Positions 31,788-42,575 are shown, numbered from the stretch's first letter. The stretch is DNA of 64,000 bases from Alphaproteobacteria bacterium (GCA_964291215.2 OZ219790.1:640001-704000), one strand, 5' to 3'. The notes: generated from the letters alone by a model not told the origin. Numbers and translations: made by a program.

Positions 31788-32975
31788 TCAACTGAGGATC
31801 GGCTGCAGGCGGTCCATGGCGTCGGCAATCGTTTCGATATCAGCGGCAAAGCACAGGCGCATCCAGCCCTCGGCGCCGTCGCCGAACGCCAGCCCGGGCG
31901 CCAAGCCGACCCCGACTTCCTCTATGAGTGTCTGCGCAAAGGCGACCGAATCGGTCATGCCGTCGACCGCAAAGAACGCGTAGAAGGCACCTTCGGGCTT
32001 CGAAAGCGTCACCCGCCCCATGGCGCCCAGCCGCTGAATGACGACATCGCGGTTGCGGCGGTAGCGCTCCACGGTCTCGGTAACGAAGTCCTCGCCCTCG
32101 CGAATGGCGGTAACGCCCGCATACTGCACGAAGGTCGTGGGACTCGCGATATTGTACTCCATGAGTTTGGAGAACCCGTCCCCCGCCGACAGCGGATGCG
32201 TCATCCAGCCCAGCCTCCACCCGGTCATCGACCACGACTTCGAAAACGAATTGATGACGACCACCCGGTCTTCGTCCTCGGCGATGTCGAGAAAGGACGG
32301 GGCGCGGCCAAGCGGCAGATCGGATTGGTAGGCGAGCCGGATGTAGACCTCGTCGCTGATCACCCAGATGCCACGCCTGCGACATTCCTCCAGGACAGCA
32401 AACTGCTCCTCCGCCGGCATGACCCAGCCGGTGGGATTGCCGGGCGAATTGATGAATATTGCCCGCGTGTGCTCGTCGCAGTGGCTGAACAACTCGCCGA
32501 TATCGAGATGCCAGCGCCCGTCAGTTCCGAGCCGAAGCAATGCCTCGCGCGGCTCAGCATCCATGATTCGCGCCGTCTCCCGGCAGTTCGGCCAGACCGG
32601 GCCCACCACGACGATGTTGTCGCCGCGCGACAGCAGCGCTTCCGAGACCATCATGATCGCGTTCATTCCCGATCCCGATACGGTGATGCGATCCAGGCTG
32701 ATCGGGCGACCATGCAGGCCCGTCGCGTATTCGCAGATCGCCTCGCGAAGCGGCGGAACGCCGCGGTTGCTGGCATAGAACACGTGATTGTCGGCGAGCG
32801 CCGCCTCGGCTGCCCGCTTGATGAAGTCCGGTGTCGGACGATCCGGTTCGCCAAACCACAACCGCACCAGCCCGACACGGTCCATGTTGGGCTCCGAGAC
32901 GTGCCTGATCAGGGATTCGGGCAGATCCTCGATGCTCCGGCGAAGGCCGTTCACTGCGCGTGCGTCCGCATCCAT
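31788..32975 (-). CDS. PLP-dependent aminotransferase class I/II
   Basis: NSPGNPTG, SDEVY, NSFSKSWSMTGWRLGW. Confidence 0.92.
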   Translation of the reverse strand: MDADARAVNGLRRSIEDLPESLIRHVSEPNMDRVGLVRLWFGEPDRPTPDFIKRAAEAALADNHVFYASNRGVPPLREAICEYATGLHGRPISLDRITVSGSGMNAIMMVSEALLSRGDNIVVVGPVWPNCRETARIMDAEPREALLRLGTDGRWHLDIGELFSHCDEHTRAIFINSPGNPTGWVMPAEEQFAVLEECRRRGIWVISDEVYIRLAYQSDLPLGRAPSFLDIAEDEDRVVVINSFSKSWSMTGWRLGWMTHPLSAGDGFSKLMEYNIASPTTFVQYAGVTAIREGEDFVTETVERYRRNRDVVIQRLGAMGRVTLSKPEGAFYAFFAVDGMTDSVAFAQTLIEEVGVGLAPGLAFGDGAEGWMRLCFAADIETIADAMDRLQPILS

Positions 32976-33126
32976 GTGCGATACTCCCGGTTGTTCCCGC
33001 GTCTATAACCGCCTCCCACTTGCTCGACAAGTGCAGACACCGTAAGAAGCGGCCGACAGCAGCGGGGATCCGGCGGCGATGGCTTGGCCCGGGCCCACGG
33101 TTACGATCGGAGAGGTTTTCGGGCCA

Positions 33127-33816
33127 ATGGATTTCGGCAATGAACAAGCGGACGCTATGCGCGTCTACGAGGTGCTCGCAGGCGGCGGGATCGGAATCGT
33201 CCCGACGGATGTCGGTTACGTGATCGTCGCCTGCGACCCGGACGCAATCTGGCGCATATTCGAGGTCAAGCAGCGCAAGCCGGACAAGCTCAACGCGGTC
33301 TGCGGCTGCAGCGAGATGCATGCGGCGCTCCATGACCTCCCCAGCGACCGGCGCGACATCGTGGCGGCGATCACCGAGCAATGCGGCCTGCCGCTCGGGA
33401 CCGCGGCGAAGGCGCGGCTCGACCACCCGGCAATGGCGATGCTCCGCCCCGACATTCTCGAGCAAACCACCGACCGCGGCACACTGGCCATGCTGCTGAA
33501 TGCCGGCCCGGTGATGGGGTCGCTGTCCCGCATCGCGTTTGCCGACAACCGCCTTGTCATCGGCTCATCGGCGAATATTTCGCTCCGGGGCGTAAAGTTC
33601 CGCGCCGGGGACATCGAACCGGAGGTACTCGATGCCGCGGATATCGTTCTCGACCGCGGCCTGATGCGCTGGCATCGCTACGAGAAGTCCTCGACCATGA
33701 TCAATTTCAGCGACATGCGCGTGATCCGCTATGGCTCGTGCTTTGACCTGATCGACGACCTGCTGCGGCGACACTTCGGCATCGAACTGCCGCCGGAACC
33801 CGGAAGGGAAGGCTGA
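33127..33816 (+). CDS. Sua5/YciO/YrdC-family protein (divergent TsaC-like)
   Basis: GGIGIVPTDVGY, IFEVKQR (KxR), GSSANIS (SxN), SSTMI. Confidence 0.75.
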   Translation: MDFGNEQADAMRVYEVLAGGGIGIVPTDVGYVIVACDPDAIWRIFEVKQRKPDKLNAVCGCSEMHAALHDLPSDRRDIVAAITEQCGLPLGTAAKARLDHPAMAMLRPDILEQTTDRGTLAMLLNAGPVMGSLSRIAFADNRLVIGSSANISLRGVKFRAGDIEPEVLDAADIVLDRGLMRWHRYEKSSTMINFSDMRVIRYGSCFDLIDDLLRRHFGIELPPEPGREG

Positions 33817-33819
33817 AGG

Positions 33820-34284
33820 ATGGGCGCAAGAATAGCACTTGAGGCAATCGGCACCGTGCGCGGCGGGCGCGCCGAGATCATCAACGACGACTGGGGCGGA
33901 ATCGAGGCCTGGATCGAGCTCGACGGGCGCCTCGAAGAAACGGCGCTGTCGAGCCTCGACCAGTTCTCCCACGCCGTCGTCGTCTTCCACTTCGACCGGG
34001 TTGATTCGTCGACCATCGAATGGGGTGCCCGTCATCCCCGCAACAACAGGGAATGGCCGCTGGTCGGCATCTTTGCGCAGCGCGGCAAGAACCGGCCCAA
34101 CCGGGTCGGCGTGACGACCTGCCGCATCCTCGGCGTCGAGGGACGACGGCTGCATGTGCAAGGGCTGGACGCCGTCGACGGCACCCCTGTGATCGACATC
34201 AAGCCCTACATGACCGGGTTCGAGCCGCGAGGCGAGGTCGCCGAACCGGACTGGTCGAGGGAACTCATGGCCGGTTACTGGTAA
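33820..34284 (+). CDS. TsaA/TrmO-like SAM-binding methyltransferase
   Basis: GIFAQRGKNRPNRVG, GLDAVDGTPVIDIKPY. Confidence 0.88.
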   Translation: MGARIALEAIGTVRGGRAEIINDDWGGIEAWIELDGRLEETALSSLDQFSHAVVVFHFDRVDSSTIEWGARHPRNNREWPLVGIFAQRGKNRPNRVGVTTCRILGVEGRRLHVQGLDAVDGTPVIDIKPYMTGFEPRGEVAEPDWSRELMAGYW

Positions 34285-34489
34285 GGGCCCCGCCGGAACT
34301 CGTGCGGCTCCGGAACCGCGCGCAACTTTAGTGATTGCGCTTGCGGTGGCAAATGGGCTAATATGCCGCCGTGTGACTGCCCTGGCGTACTCTTCGACGT
34401 CTCGCGACGCGACCAGCTGCACCCGGACAGGATGATCGAGACCGTGCGGATTCCGGATCCGGCACCGCACACTGTATGGAGAAGTAGCT

Positions 34490-34699
34490 ATGCCGACAGG
34501 CACCGTAAAATGGTTCAATGCCGCAAAGGGGTTCGGATTCATCGAGCCTGAAGGCGGCGGCAAGGACGCGTTCGTGCATATTTCCGCCGTTGAGCGGGCA
34601 GGCCTTACCGGGCTGCAAGAGGGACAAAAGATCCGTTTCGAACTGGTTCCAAGCCGCGACGGTCGCGAGGCGGCAGACCAGCTGCAGGCAATCGACTGA
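34490..34699 (+). CDS. cspA: Cold-shock protein
   Basis: [28 protein letters not shown]. Confidence 0.92.
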   Translation: MPTGTVKWFNAAKGFGFIEPEGGGKDAFVHISAVERAGLTGLQEGQKIRFELVPSRDGREAADQLQAID

Positions 34700-34704
34700 T
34701 ACGC

Positions 34705-34740
34705 CGGCGCCCCGCCTCCTGAATGGCTGGCGGGGCGCCG
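34705..34740. terminator. GC-rich hairpin downstream of the cold-shock gene
   Basis: 12-bp stem CGGCGCCCCGCC / GGCGGGGCGCCG. No clear U-tract. Confidence 0.5.
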
Positions 34741-34879
34741 ACACCAGGCTCTGCCGGATCGACGCCGGCCGCGGAACGGACCGGTGACCGGGACTGTCAA
34801 GCGATGCTGCGGACTCCCGGTTCTGCGCCGGGGTCGACCTGCGTATGTTCGCTGGAAGAATGCCGGGGGTGTGCGGCCG

Positions 34880-35905
34880 TCAACGGCCGGTTTCTTGCGC
34901 CCTCTCGGCCGAGAGAAACTCGCCGATGATGCGGCGCGCATGAACGACGCCGGCATCGGCTGCGTTATTCAGCATCCCTTGGTCAGGCCGCGCCTCGATG
35001 TTCCTTTGCTGTCCAGCAAGAATGACCCGGTCCTCGTTGAAGGTCAGGTCTATCGAACGGGCTATCGTGTCGTCGATGCCGGCATCATCCAGTCTGAAAT
35101 CTCGAGAGAACGACCAGAGCTGGTCAACGGCGCTATCGCTCACCGGCGTCAGCATGCTGATGATTCGGGTATCGATGCCACGCCTCCTGTCGCCGGTGCC
35201 CGCCGGGACTCCACCAGCATCGATGATCACTGTCGATGGCGGTTCCAGCCAGATCCTGTGCCAGCGGTCGATTCTGCCCTCGAACCCGCCGACCTGCCGA
35301 TAGAACACTGACGGCTCGGTGTCATTCATCAGGCGTGTGACGGTAACGGTATTGCCTTCCCGTACCGCCGTCACCTCTGTGGTCGCCACATCGTCGGTGC
35401 CAATCGTCGATTTGTGAACGAAGGCCGTGTGAGAAAGGTCGATGAGGTTGTCGACCAGCAGGATCCAGTTGCAGTCGTAGCGCATGGTTCCGGTTACCGA
35501 GGTCCAGCCCGGATCGCCGATCCAGCGCACGTCGGGAACAAGGTTGGGGTCAGCGTGGTCGGCCGCGCCGGTCCAGACCCAGACGAGTCGGTGCTTCTCG
35601 ATGACCGGGAATGCGCGGACCCGCGCGCGGGACGGAACGTTCCGCTGGCCCGGGACGGCAGTGCAGGCGCCATCAAGGTCGAATCTCATCCCATGGTAGC
35701 CGCAAACGATGTTCTCTCCCTCAACCGAGCCGAAGGACAGCGGTGCGAAGCGATGGGGACAGCAGTCCTCGACCGCAGCGGCGCGACCGGACGCGGTCCG
35801 GTAGAGCGCGACATCCTCGTCCAGAATCCGTCTTGCCGCCGGGCCGCCTGTCAACTCTTCGGACCAGCAGGCCGCGTACCATGCGTTGCGAACGAAATCA
35901 GTCAT
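34880..35905 (-). CDS. Rieske non-heme iron oxygenase alpha subunit (VanA-like)
   Basis: CPHR..CGYHG Rieske motif; DNLIDLSHTAFVH iron site. Confidence 0.9.
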   Translation of the reverse strand: MTDFVRNAWYAACWSEELTGGPAARRILDEDVALYRTASGRAAAVEDCCPHRFAPLSFGSVEGENIVCGYHGMRFDLDGACTAVPGQRNVPSRARVRAFPVIEKHRLVWVWTGAADHADPNLVPDVRWIGDPGWTSVTGTMRYDCNWILLVDNLIDLSHTAFVHKSTIGTDDVATTEVTAVREGNTVTVTRLMNDTEPSVFYRQVGGFEGRIDRWHRIWLEPPSTVIIDAGGVPAGTGDRRRGIDTRIISMLTPVSDSAVDQLWSFSRDFRLDDAGIDDTIARSIDLTFNEDRVILAGQQRNIEARPDQGMLNNAADAGVVHARRIIGEFLSAERAQETGR

Positions 35906-35936
35906 GACAGTTTCCTGTTACGGGTCGACGGCATCC

Positions 35937-37505
35937 TCAGACGCGCCGGTCCGTCCCCTCCCAATAGGGATCGCGCAAGCGGCGCTTAACGACCTTGCCA
36001 GGGCCGGTCGTCGGCAGGGGGCCTGCGACAAAATCCAGCGACTTCGGGATCTTGTAGCCGGCGATCCGGCCGCGGCAGAACTCGAGGATCTCGGCCGCCG
36101 AAACATCCTCGTGACCGCCGCGCCTGACGACGATCGCATGGACCTGTTCACCCCACAACTCGTGAGGGATCCCGAAGACAGCGGTTTCGAGCACCGCAGG
36201 ATGGGTCGAGAGCAGGTTCTCGACCTCGATCGAATAGACATTCTCGGCGCCGGTGATGATCATATCCTTCTTGCGGTCAACCAGATAGAGATGCCCCGTG
36301 TCGTCGAGATAGCCCATGTCGCCGGTACTGTACCAGCCGTTGCTAAGTACCTCGGACGTCAGGTCGGGGCGGCGCCAGTACCCCTTCATGACCTTGGGCC
36401 CGCCGCACAGCACCTCACCGACAGTACCGGCGGGGAGGTCGTTGCCGCCGTCATCGACGACGCGAAGATCGATCAGCGGCGTCGGCGGCCCGCATGAGGC
36501 CGCACGGTGGACACCGCCGTCAGAAACCGCAAGGTCGTGCTCCGAGGGGTGCAGGCAGCAGGCGAGTCCGGTCGTTTCGGTGATGCCGTAGGTATGCAGA
36601 AGGAGGTCGGACGGGAGAAATTCCCCCGCCTTCCGGAGCACTCCGATCGGCGTCGGTGAACCGCCATACATGATCTGGCTAAGGCTAGAAAGATCGTAAT
36701 CTGCGACGCCGCCGTGGTTGGCAATCATCGCGATCAGGGTGGCCGGCAGCGATGTAATGGTGACGCGTTCCGACTCGATCAGCCGCAGCGCCTTGTCGGG
36801 TCGGAACTGCACGCAGACCTGCGTGCCGCCGACCATGGGCACGGCCCAGAATGCAACGGCGTCGGCGAGATGGAACATCGGCGCACAGTGCAGCCAGATG
36901 CTGCCCAGCCGGAAATCCATCGTGCCGATGCAATCGAGGCCGCAGCAGAACACGTTGGTATTGGTCAGGCAGACGCCCTTGGGATCACCGGTCGTGCCCG
37001 ACGTGTAGTAGATCTGCATGACGTCATCGAGGCCGCTTCCCGGTTCGGTAAACCGCTCCGAGGCGGCGCCGATCAGGGTCTCGTAGTCGGCGACGCCGGC
37101 CGGACAGGGATCGATGTCGAGCCCGACGAGGAACTCGAGCGAGGGTGCTTCCGACCGCACTTCCTCAAGGAGGCCGCCGAACGGCTCCGACAGCAGGAGC
37201 GCCCGCGCGTCGGAGTCGTTGAAGATGTATGCAAGCTCGGGGGGCGCCAGCCGCGAATTGAGCGGCAGGAACGCGAACCCCGCGAGCGCGCACGCGTAAT
37301 AGGCCTCGGCGTAGCGATGAGAATTGTGATCGAGTACGGCAACGCGATCGCCGCGCTCCAGCCCGAGCCCGCGAAGGGCATTGGCAAGCCGGTGCACGCG
37401 GCCGCCCAGCTGGCGATAAGTCAGCCGCACGTCTCCGTCCACCAGCGCGGGACGCTCCGGAAAGAACAGGACGGCGCGCTCCAGTATGCGCGATGCGGTG
37501 TACAA
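35937..37505 (-). CDS. Acyl-CoA synthetase / AMP-binding protein
   Basis: YTSGTTGDPKG, YGITET, TGDMG, DRKKDMIITG. TTG start inferred. Confidence 0.9.
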   Translation of the reverse strand: MYTASRILERAVLFFPERPALVDGDVRLTYRQLGGRVHRLANALRGLGLERGDRVAVLDHNSHRYAEAYYACALAGFAFLPLNSRLAPPELAYIFNDSDARALLLSEPFGGLLEEVRSEAPSLEFLVGLDIDPCPAGVADYETLIGAASERFTEPGSGLDDVMQIYYTSGTTGDPKGVCLTNTNVFCCGLDCIGTMDFRLGSIWLHCAPMFHLADAVAFWAVPMVGGTQVCVQFRPDKALRLIESERVTITSLPATLIAMIANHGGVADYDLSSLSQIMYGGSPTPIGVLRKAGEFLPSDLLLHTYGITETTGLACCLHPSEHDLAVSDGGVHRAASCGPPTPLIDLRVVDDGGNDLPAGTVGEVLCGGPKVMKGYWRRPDLTSEVLSNGWYSTGDMGYLDDTGHLYLVDRKKDMIITGAENVYSIEVENLLSTHPAVLETAVFGIPHELWGEQVHAIVVRRGGHEDVSAAEILEFCRGRIAGYKIPKSLDFVAGPLPTTGPGKVVKRRLRDPYWEGTDRRV

Positions 37506-37635
37506 GCGACGGTCTCCCCCGATGCTCGAGGGGATAGTTGTCCCAATGCCGGCACAAGGCAAGTGGTCCGGGTCGCCTTTTCCGATGCCGGCCGGTCTTC
37601 TACCATGCGCCGCCCACAGACCTGAGGAGAAGCCC

Positions 37636-38424
37636 ATGGACTACACCGATATCGAATTCGACCTGCGCGAGGACGGCATAGCGACGATGACGCTCAACCG
37701 CCCGGAACGTCTCAACAGCTTCACCCGCAAGATGTTCGACGAATGGCGCGACGTGATCGCGCATTGCGCGTTCAACGAGAAGGTACGGGTGCTGGTGATT
37801 ACCGGTCGGGGGCGGGCGTTCTCTTCGGGGGTCGACCTGTCGATGCTCGGAAGCGACAGGCTCAAGCCGCCAGCGTTCCGCTTCTACTACCGTCAAGCCC
37901 ACCAGGCATTTGACGATCTTGAGGCGCTCGAGGTCCCGGTCATCGCTGCGGTGAACGGGCTCTGCTACGGCGGCGGCGTGGAACTCGCTCTGTCCTGCGA
38001 CATTACGGTCGCTGACGAGAACGCGACCTTCTGCCTGATCGAGAACCAGCTCGGCGCAATCCCGGCATCTGGCGCCTGCAACCGCATGATTCACCACGTT
38101 GGCCTCGCCAAGACCAAGGAGCTGATCATCTCCGCCGACCCGATCAACGCCGCTGAGGCGCGGCGCATCGGCCTAGTCAGCGAGGTCTGCCGGGAGAATG
38201 AACTGATGCAACGGGTCTATGCGCGCGCCGAGCGGCTTCTCAAGAACTCCCCGTTCGCCATGGGCATGGCCAAACACATCGTCAACATGTGCGTCAATGC
38301 CGACATGCACACCGGCCGTGACATCGAGCGCTTGGCGCAGTCGGGACTTATGCTCTCGGAAGATCACCGCGAAGGCATGGCCGCCTTCTTCGAGAAACGG
38401 AAACCGCGCTTCCGCGGAGCGTAG
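37636..38424 (+). CDS. Enoyl-CoA hydratase/isomerase family protein
   Basis: LNRPERLNS, FSSGVDL, AAVNG..GGGVELAL.CD, FFEKRKPRF. Confidence 0.9.
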   Translation: MDYTDIEFDLREDGIATMTLNRPERLNSFTRKMFDEWRDVIAHCAFNEKVRVLVITGRGRAFSSGVDLSMLGSDRLKPPAFRFYYRQAHQAFDDLEALEVPVIAAVNGLCYGGGVELALSCDITVADENATFCLIENQLGAIPASGACNRMIHHVGLAKTKELIISADPINAAEARRIGLVSEVCRENELMQRVYARAERLLKNSPFAMGMAKHIVNMCVNADMHTGRDIERLAQSGLMLSEDHREGMAAFFEKRKPRFRGA

Positions 38425-38439
38425 GTGCCGCGGCGACCG

Positions 38440-38988
38440 TCAGCCCTTCGCGAACGGCGGCTCGCCGTCGGGAACCGCTACATCGAAAACGTTGAGGGTA
38501 AACGACACCAGGCTGTAGTATCCGCAGAGCCCGACCAGATCGACCATGCCCGCATTGCCTAGAAGTTTGCAGCCGGACGCGTAGCGCTCGTCGGAAAGGT
38601 GCCCGGTTTCCATGATCTCCTTGGCGAGTTCGTGGACAAGCCTCTCGTCGGGCGAAAGCGGCTCGGGCGTTGCACCCGTCCTCAGCTTCTCGAGCGCCGC
38701 TGCCGATATTCCCGCCTTCTCCGCCAGCGGCGCATGCGCATACCACTCGAAATTGGCCTGCCAGTGGCGCGCCACCGTGCAGATCGCGATTTCGCGGAGC
38801 CCGTCGGACATCTCCGTACCGAAACGCAGATAAGCGCCCGTCTGCTGGGCAGGGTCGGCCAGTCCCGGCGCATGGAGCCAGGGGCCGAACGGCCCGCGGA
38901 TGGAACCGCGGCTGGACGTGATCGAGTCTGCAATACGCTGCTGGTCTTCGTTGTAGTCCGACGGTTGCGGCGGGCCTAGTCGCGCCAT
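38440..38988 (-). CDS. Carboxymuconolactone decarboxylase (AhpD-like) family protein
   Basis: RGPFGPWLHAP, REIAI..A.FEWYAH, GYYSLVS. Confidence 0.82.
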   Translation of the reverse strand: MARLGPPQPSDYNEDQQRIADSITSSRGSIRGPFGPWLHAPGLADPAQQTGAYLRFGTEMSDGLREIAICTVARHWQANFEWYAHAPLAEKAGISAAALEKLRTGATPEPLSPDERLVHELAKEIMETGHLSDERYASGCKLLGNAGMVDLVGLCGYYSLVSFTLNVFDVAVPDGEPPFAKG

Positions 38989-39088
38989 CTGCTCATTCCT
39001 CAGGTGGTCGGTGCGCCGGAACAACTCCGGCGGCGCGGTACTCTATCCGATCGCGGGCGCGTCTGAAAACCGCGCCGCAGCAGAACGC

Positions 39089-40741
39089 TCACAATCCCTC
39101 AAGATGCTCGCGCGAGAAGTCGTAACCTTCCTTGACCAGGCACTCGATAAGGAACGGCCGGTCCGATTCAGTGACCTTTCGCGCTTCCTCGAGAGCCGGA
39201 AGGAAGGCGTTGGGGGTTTCGACCCTGGCCGCGGCGACGCCAAGGCCCTCGGCCACCATCGCGTAGTTGCCGCTGACGGTCAGCGCACCGTATTTGGCGG
39301 TCGATGTCTTCAGAACATCTCGCTCGGCCGCCATCACCCCGTTGTTGAACACGATCGTCAGCGTCCCTATCCCGTTCCGCGCCGCTGTCTCGAGATCCAT
39401 CCCCGTCATGCCGATGGCTGCATCCCCCATCACGTTGATGCAGAGCTTGTCCGGCGCCGCCAGCCTGGCGCCCATGTTCAGGCCGAGGCCGTAGCCGAGT
39501 TGGGTGGACTTGCCCCAGCCGAGATAGCCGAGAGGCGCCGTAGCCTGCCAGAACGGCAGCAGCTGCTCGCGCGGCCCACCCGAATCATGCGTGATGATGA
39601 CCTCGCCCGGATCCACCGCATCCATGAGGTCCGCAATCAGGCGATACTGGTTGATCGGAATCTCGTCGGACCGCAGCTGCACTTCCCAGTCCCCGAGCCA
39701 GGCTGCACGCACCGCCGCGATCTCGCCGGCGAGCCGCTCCATGGACGCGGCCGGCGGGCTCCCTTCCTTCCGCGACCGTATCTCGGCACCAAGCATGACG
39801 AGCACGAGTTTCGCGTCGCCGACCACGCCATGATCCACCCGGTAGTCCTTGTTGATGTCCACAGGATCGTTCGTCGCATGGATGATGCGCTTGTCGGAAG
39901 GGATCATAGGACCGAAGGGAGTTCTGGTCAGGCTCGATCCGACGGCGAACACGACATCGCTCCGCTTCATCATCTCGACCAGCATGCGCGGTCGCGATCG
40001 CGTGCTCGCTCCGACCGCCAGGGGGTGATTCTCAGGAAACGCGCTCTTGCCGGGATTCGTGGTCATGACCGGCGCAGGAAGGAGCTCGGCAAGTTCCACC
40101 AGCTCGCCGCTGGCATCCGCATAGAGGACCCCCTGGCCGGCCCAAAGGAGAGGATGCTCCGCTTCAAGCAACATGTCGGCGGCACGGGCTATCGCTGCGG
40201 GGTCGGGCGCCGCTGCCAGTGCCTCGACAGGCATGTAGTCGACCTCACCGTCGAAATCCTGCTCCCAAACCTCGACCGGAATCTCGACGAGCACCGGACC
40301 TCCCTTGCCGCTACGCATGGCATGATAGGCTTGGCGCAGTGCGTCCGAAATCTCCGCCGCGTCATGAACTCGGGCAGCCCATTTGGTGATCGGTGCGAAG
40401 ACATCGGCCGCGCTGAACGTCGGATGTCGGTACTGGCGATCAAGCCCTGCTCCCGCCGGAAGGATGAGGATGGGAACGTTTTCGGCATAGGCTTGGGCAA
40501 CCCCGGCAAAGGCGTTTTCGATTCCGGGGCCCTGCTGGACCGCAAATACGCCGTTGATGCGGCCGCGCCGGATGCGCGTGTAGCCGTCGGCGATCCCGAC
40601 GCCGACCCGCTCCTGGCGGCAGAGGATGGGGCGGATATCCAGCTTGGCGCAGGCTTCTATGAGCGGATTGCGCGGATAGCAGGACAGGAACTCCGTACCT
40701 TCCCGCGCGAGAATGGTGGCGACGACATCAGCTCCGTTCAT
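39089..40741 (-). CDS. Thiamine pyrophosphate-requiring enzyme (acetolactate synthase-like superfamily)
   Basis: RQERVGVGIADG, GPGIEN, GDAAIGM..NN TPP motif. Confidence 0.9.
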   Translation of the reverse strand: MNGADVVATILAREGTEFLSCYPRNPLIEACAKLDIRPILCRQERVGVGIADGYTRIRRGRINGVFAVQQGPGIENAFAGVAQAYAENVPILILPAGAGLDRQYRHPTFSAADVFAPITKWAARVHDAAEISDALRQAYHAMRSGKGGPVLVEIPVEVWEQDFDGEVDYMPVEALAAAPDPAAIARAADMLLEAEHPLLWAGQGVLYADASGELVELAELLPAPVMTTNPGKSAFPENHPLAVGASTRSRPRMLVEMMKRSDVVFAVGSSLTRTPFGPMIPSDKRIIHATNDPVDINKDYRVDHGVVGDAKLVLVMLGAEIRSRKEGSPPAASMERLAGEIAAVRAAWLGDWEVQLRSDEIPINQYRLIADLMDAVDPGEVIITHDSGGPREQLLPFWQATAPLGYLGWGKSTQLGYGLGLNMGARLAAPDKLCINVMGDAAIGMTGMDLETAARNGIGTLTIVFNNGVMAAERDVLKTSTAKYGALTVSGNYAMVAEGLGVAAARVETPNAFLPALEEARKVTESDRPFLIECLVKEGYDFSREHLEGL

Positions 40742-41342
40742 CGGGCCTCCTTGATCCGCGGCACTGCGCCGAATCCGTGTGGAAATGTCCAGCGGAGCCA
40801 TTCTTGCCAAGAATTCGGCCGCCGACGGCAGGTGCCGCCAACGCCCGGGCGAGGTCCCGTCGGACAGAGACTATCAGTACCCGGACATGCGCGCGAATCC
40901 ACCGGCATCCAATCGACGTGCGACCGGGCCTGTTCCGTGGCGGCCACCAGATGCCATCGGAAACAGGCTGGAGTTCCATCAGGCTGCGGATCTTGTAGAG
41001 TGTCAGGGCTCGATCGGCGCCGGACCACCGATGCGCCGCACCATGGGGCCGCAAGAGCTGCCATCGGACAAGTCCACGGACCCACCCATTGCCGCGACGA
41101 ACACACCGCCATGCGTCAACGCCTCGCCAAGGTACGGAGAAGCGATCGAAAAACCACCTCCCCGTTCCATGCTGAAGGGTTTGCCGTATTGCGTCACCAT
41201 GATCCTTACTGCCCGGAAAGCCAGTCGGAACTCCCAGTTGCACCCCCGGAGCGTGACTGCCATCATGGCTCCGGTCGAATTGTCAAAAGCGGGCTCACTC
41301 TGATTGTCGCACGCTATCAGGAGAGAAAATAGGGTGAAGAAA

Positions 41343-42170
41343 ATGTCTATGGAATTATATTACCTTAAGGAGACAGATTCCATATGTTCAAATCGGGTCA
41401 TAGTTACTCTTTATGAGAAAGGCATTACCAACTGGACCCCTGTCAAGATGATTTTGATGAATCGGGACCAGTTCAAGCCTTCATATCTGGAAATAAATCC
41501 TAACGGAACTGTTCCGACACTTGTTCATAACGGCGCCGTGATACGCGAGTCTTCGCTCATTTGCAGCTACATCGACACCCTGAAAGCCGATCCGCCGCTT
41601 GTTCCCGACGACCCCGTAGAGCGCTTTCACATGGCAGAGTGGATCAAGCTTTTTGACGAACGTGGATTCGAAGCCTGTGCAGTAGTCAATTTCCTCACCA
41701 AGTTTCGCCTAACCATTCCGCGAGAAGAGTTCGTGAAGCGCTGGAAATACGTCCCCAACATAGATCGCCTTTATCGCCAAAAGTCGGTTGTGCTGGATGG
41801 TCTCAACTCCCCTTACGTGCTGCGAGCAATCGGTGCCCTTGAGACGATCTTTCGCAGAATGGAAAAAGCTCTCGGAGACGGCCGGCCGTTTCTGATGGGC
41901 GACCAGTTCACTCTGGCCGAAACCAACCTGGCTCCATTCATCAAGGTGATCGAGATGGTGCGGTTTCTGGACTTCTGGCTTGAGCCATATCCGCTGACCA
42001 GAGCTTGGTGGGATCGCATGGCGAGCAGGCCGAGCATTCGGCAACTCGATGAATTCCCGAGCAATGCGGTTGCAGAAGACTCTCCGCATGCGCGGGCAGG
42101 CCGTGAAACGGAACCGGGCTTCCGAGAGAAACTTGCGGAATACCGCGAAACCTTCGCCCATGCATTCTGA
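41343..42170 (+). CDS. Glutathione S-transferase family protein
   Basis: SICSNRV, INPNGTVPTL, ESSLICSYID, GDQFTLAE. Confidence 0.88.
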   Translation: MSMELYYLKETDSICSNRVIVTLYEKGITNWTPVKMILMNRDQFKPSYLEINPNGTVPTLVHNGAVIRESSLICSYIDTLKADPPLVPDDPVERFHMAEWIKLFDERGFEACAVVNFLTKFRLTIPREEFVKRWKYVPNIDRLYRQKSVVLDGLNSPYVLRAIGALETIFRRMEKALGDGRPFLMGDQFTLAETNLAPFIKVIEMVRFLDFWLEPYPLTRAWWDRMASRPSIRQLDEFPSNAVAEDSPHARAGRETEPGFREKLAEYRETFAHAF

Positions 42171-42299
42171 ATGCGAGAAGGCAATCCTGTTCGGGAAGTT
42201 CGGGCTGGAGCCGCTGCCGGAGCGCGCGACGGCGAAAGAGACCGTGGTTCGCCGGCGCGGCCGGTGTCATCGCCAAACCGGCAAATCTACTGAACGTCT

Positions 42300-42575
42300 G
42301 TGTTTGATCGGTTACGCCGAACGCGCCGCCATGGACGAGGCCTTGCTTGCTCTCGGCAGCACGACCTTCGACATCCACCTCAACGGCGAGGCGTTCTGGC
42401 ACAATGTCCCCGCCGCCGTGTGGAGCTACCGCCTGGGCGGCTACCAGGCGCTCAAGAAATAGCTGTCCTACCGCGAGCGCGCCGTCCTGGACCGCTCCCT
42501 GCTGCCGGAGGAAGTGCAGCACTTCGCCGATACGGCGCGGCGGATCGCTTCGGTCCTGCTGCTTGCAAGGGGCTG
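42300..42575 (+). pseudogene. C-terminal remnant of a type ISP restriction-modification enzyme
   Basis: WHNVPAAVWSYRLGGYQALKK*LSYRE. The usual Trp of KKWLSYRE is a TAG stop. Confidence 0.65.

Noticed and set aside
39011-41332. 773-aa plus-strand ORF
   Set aside because: Antisense to the TPP enzyme; no recognisable domain.
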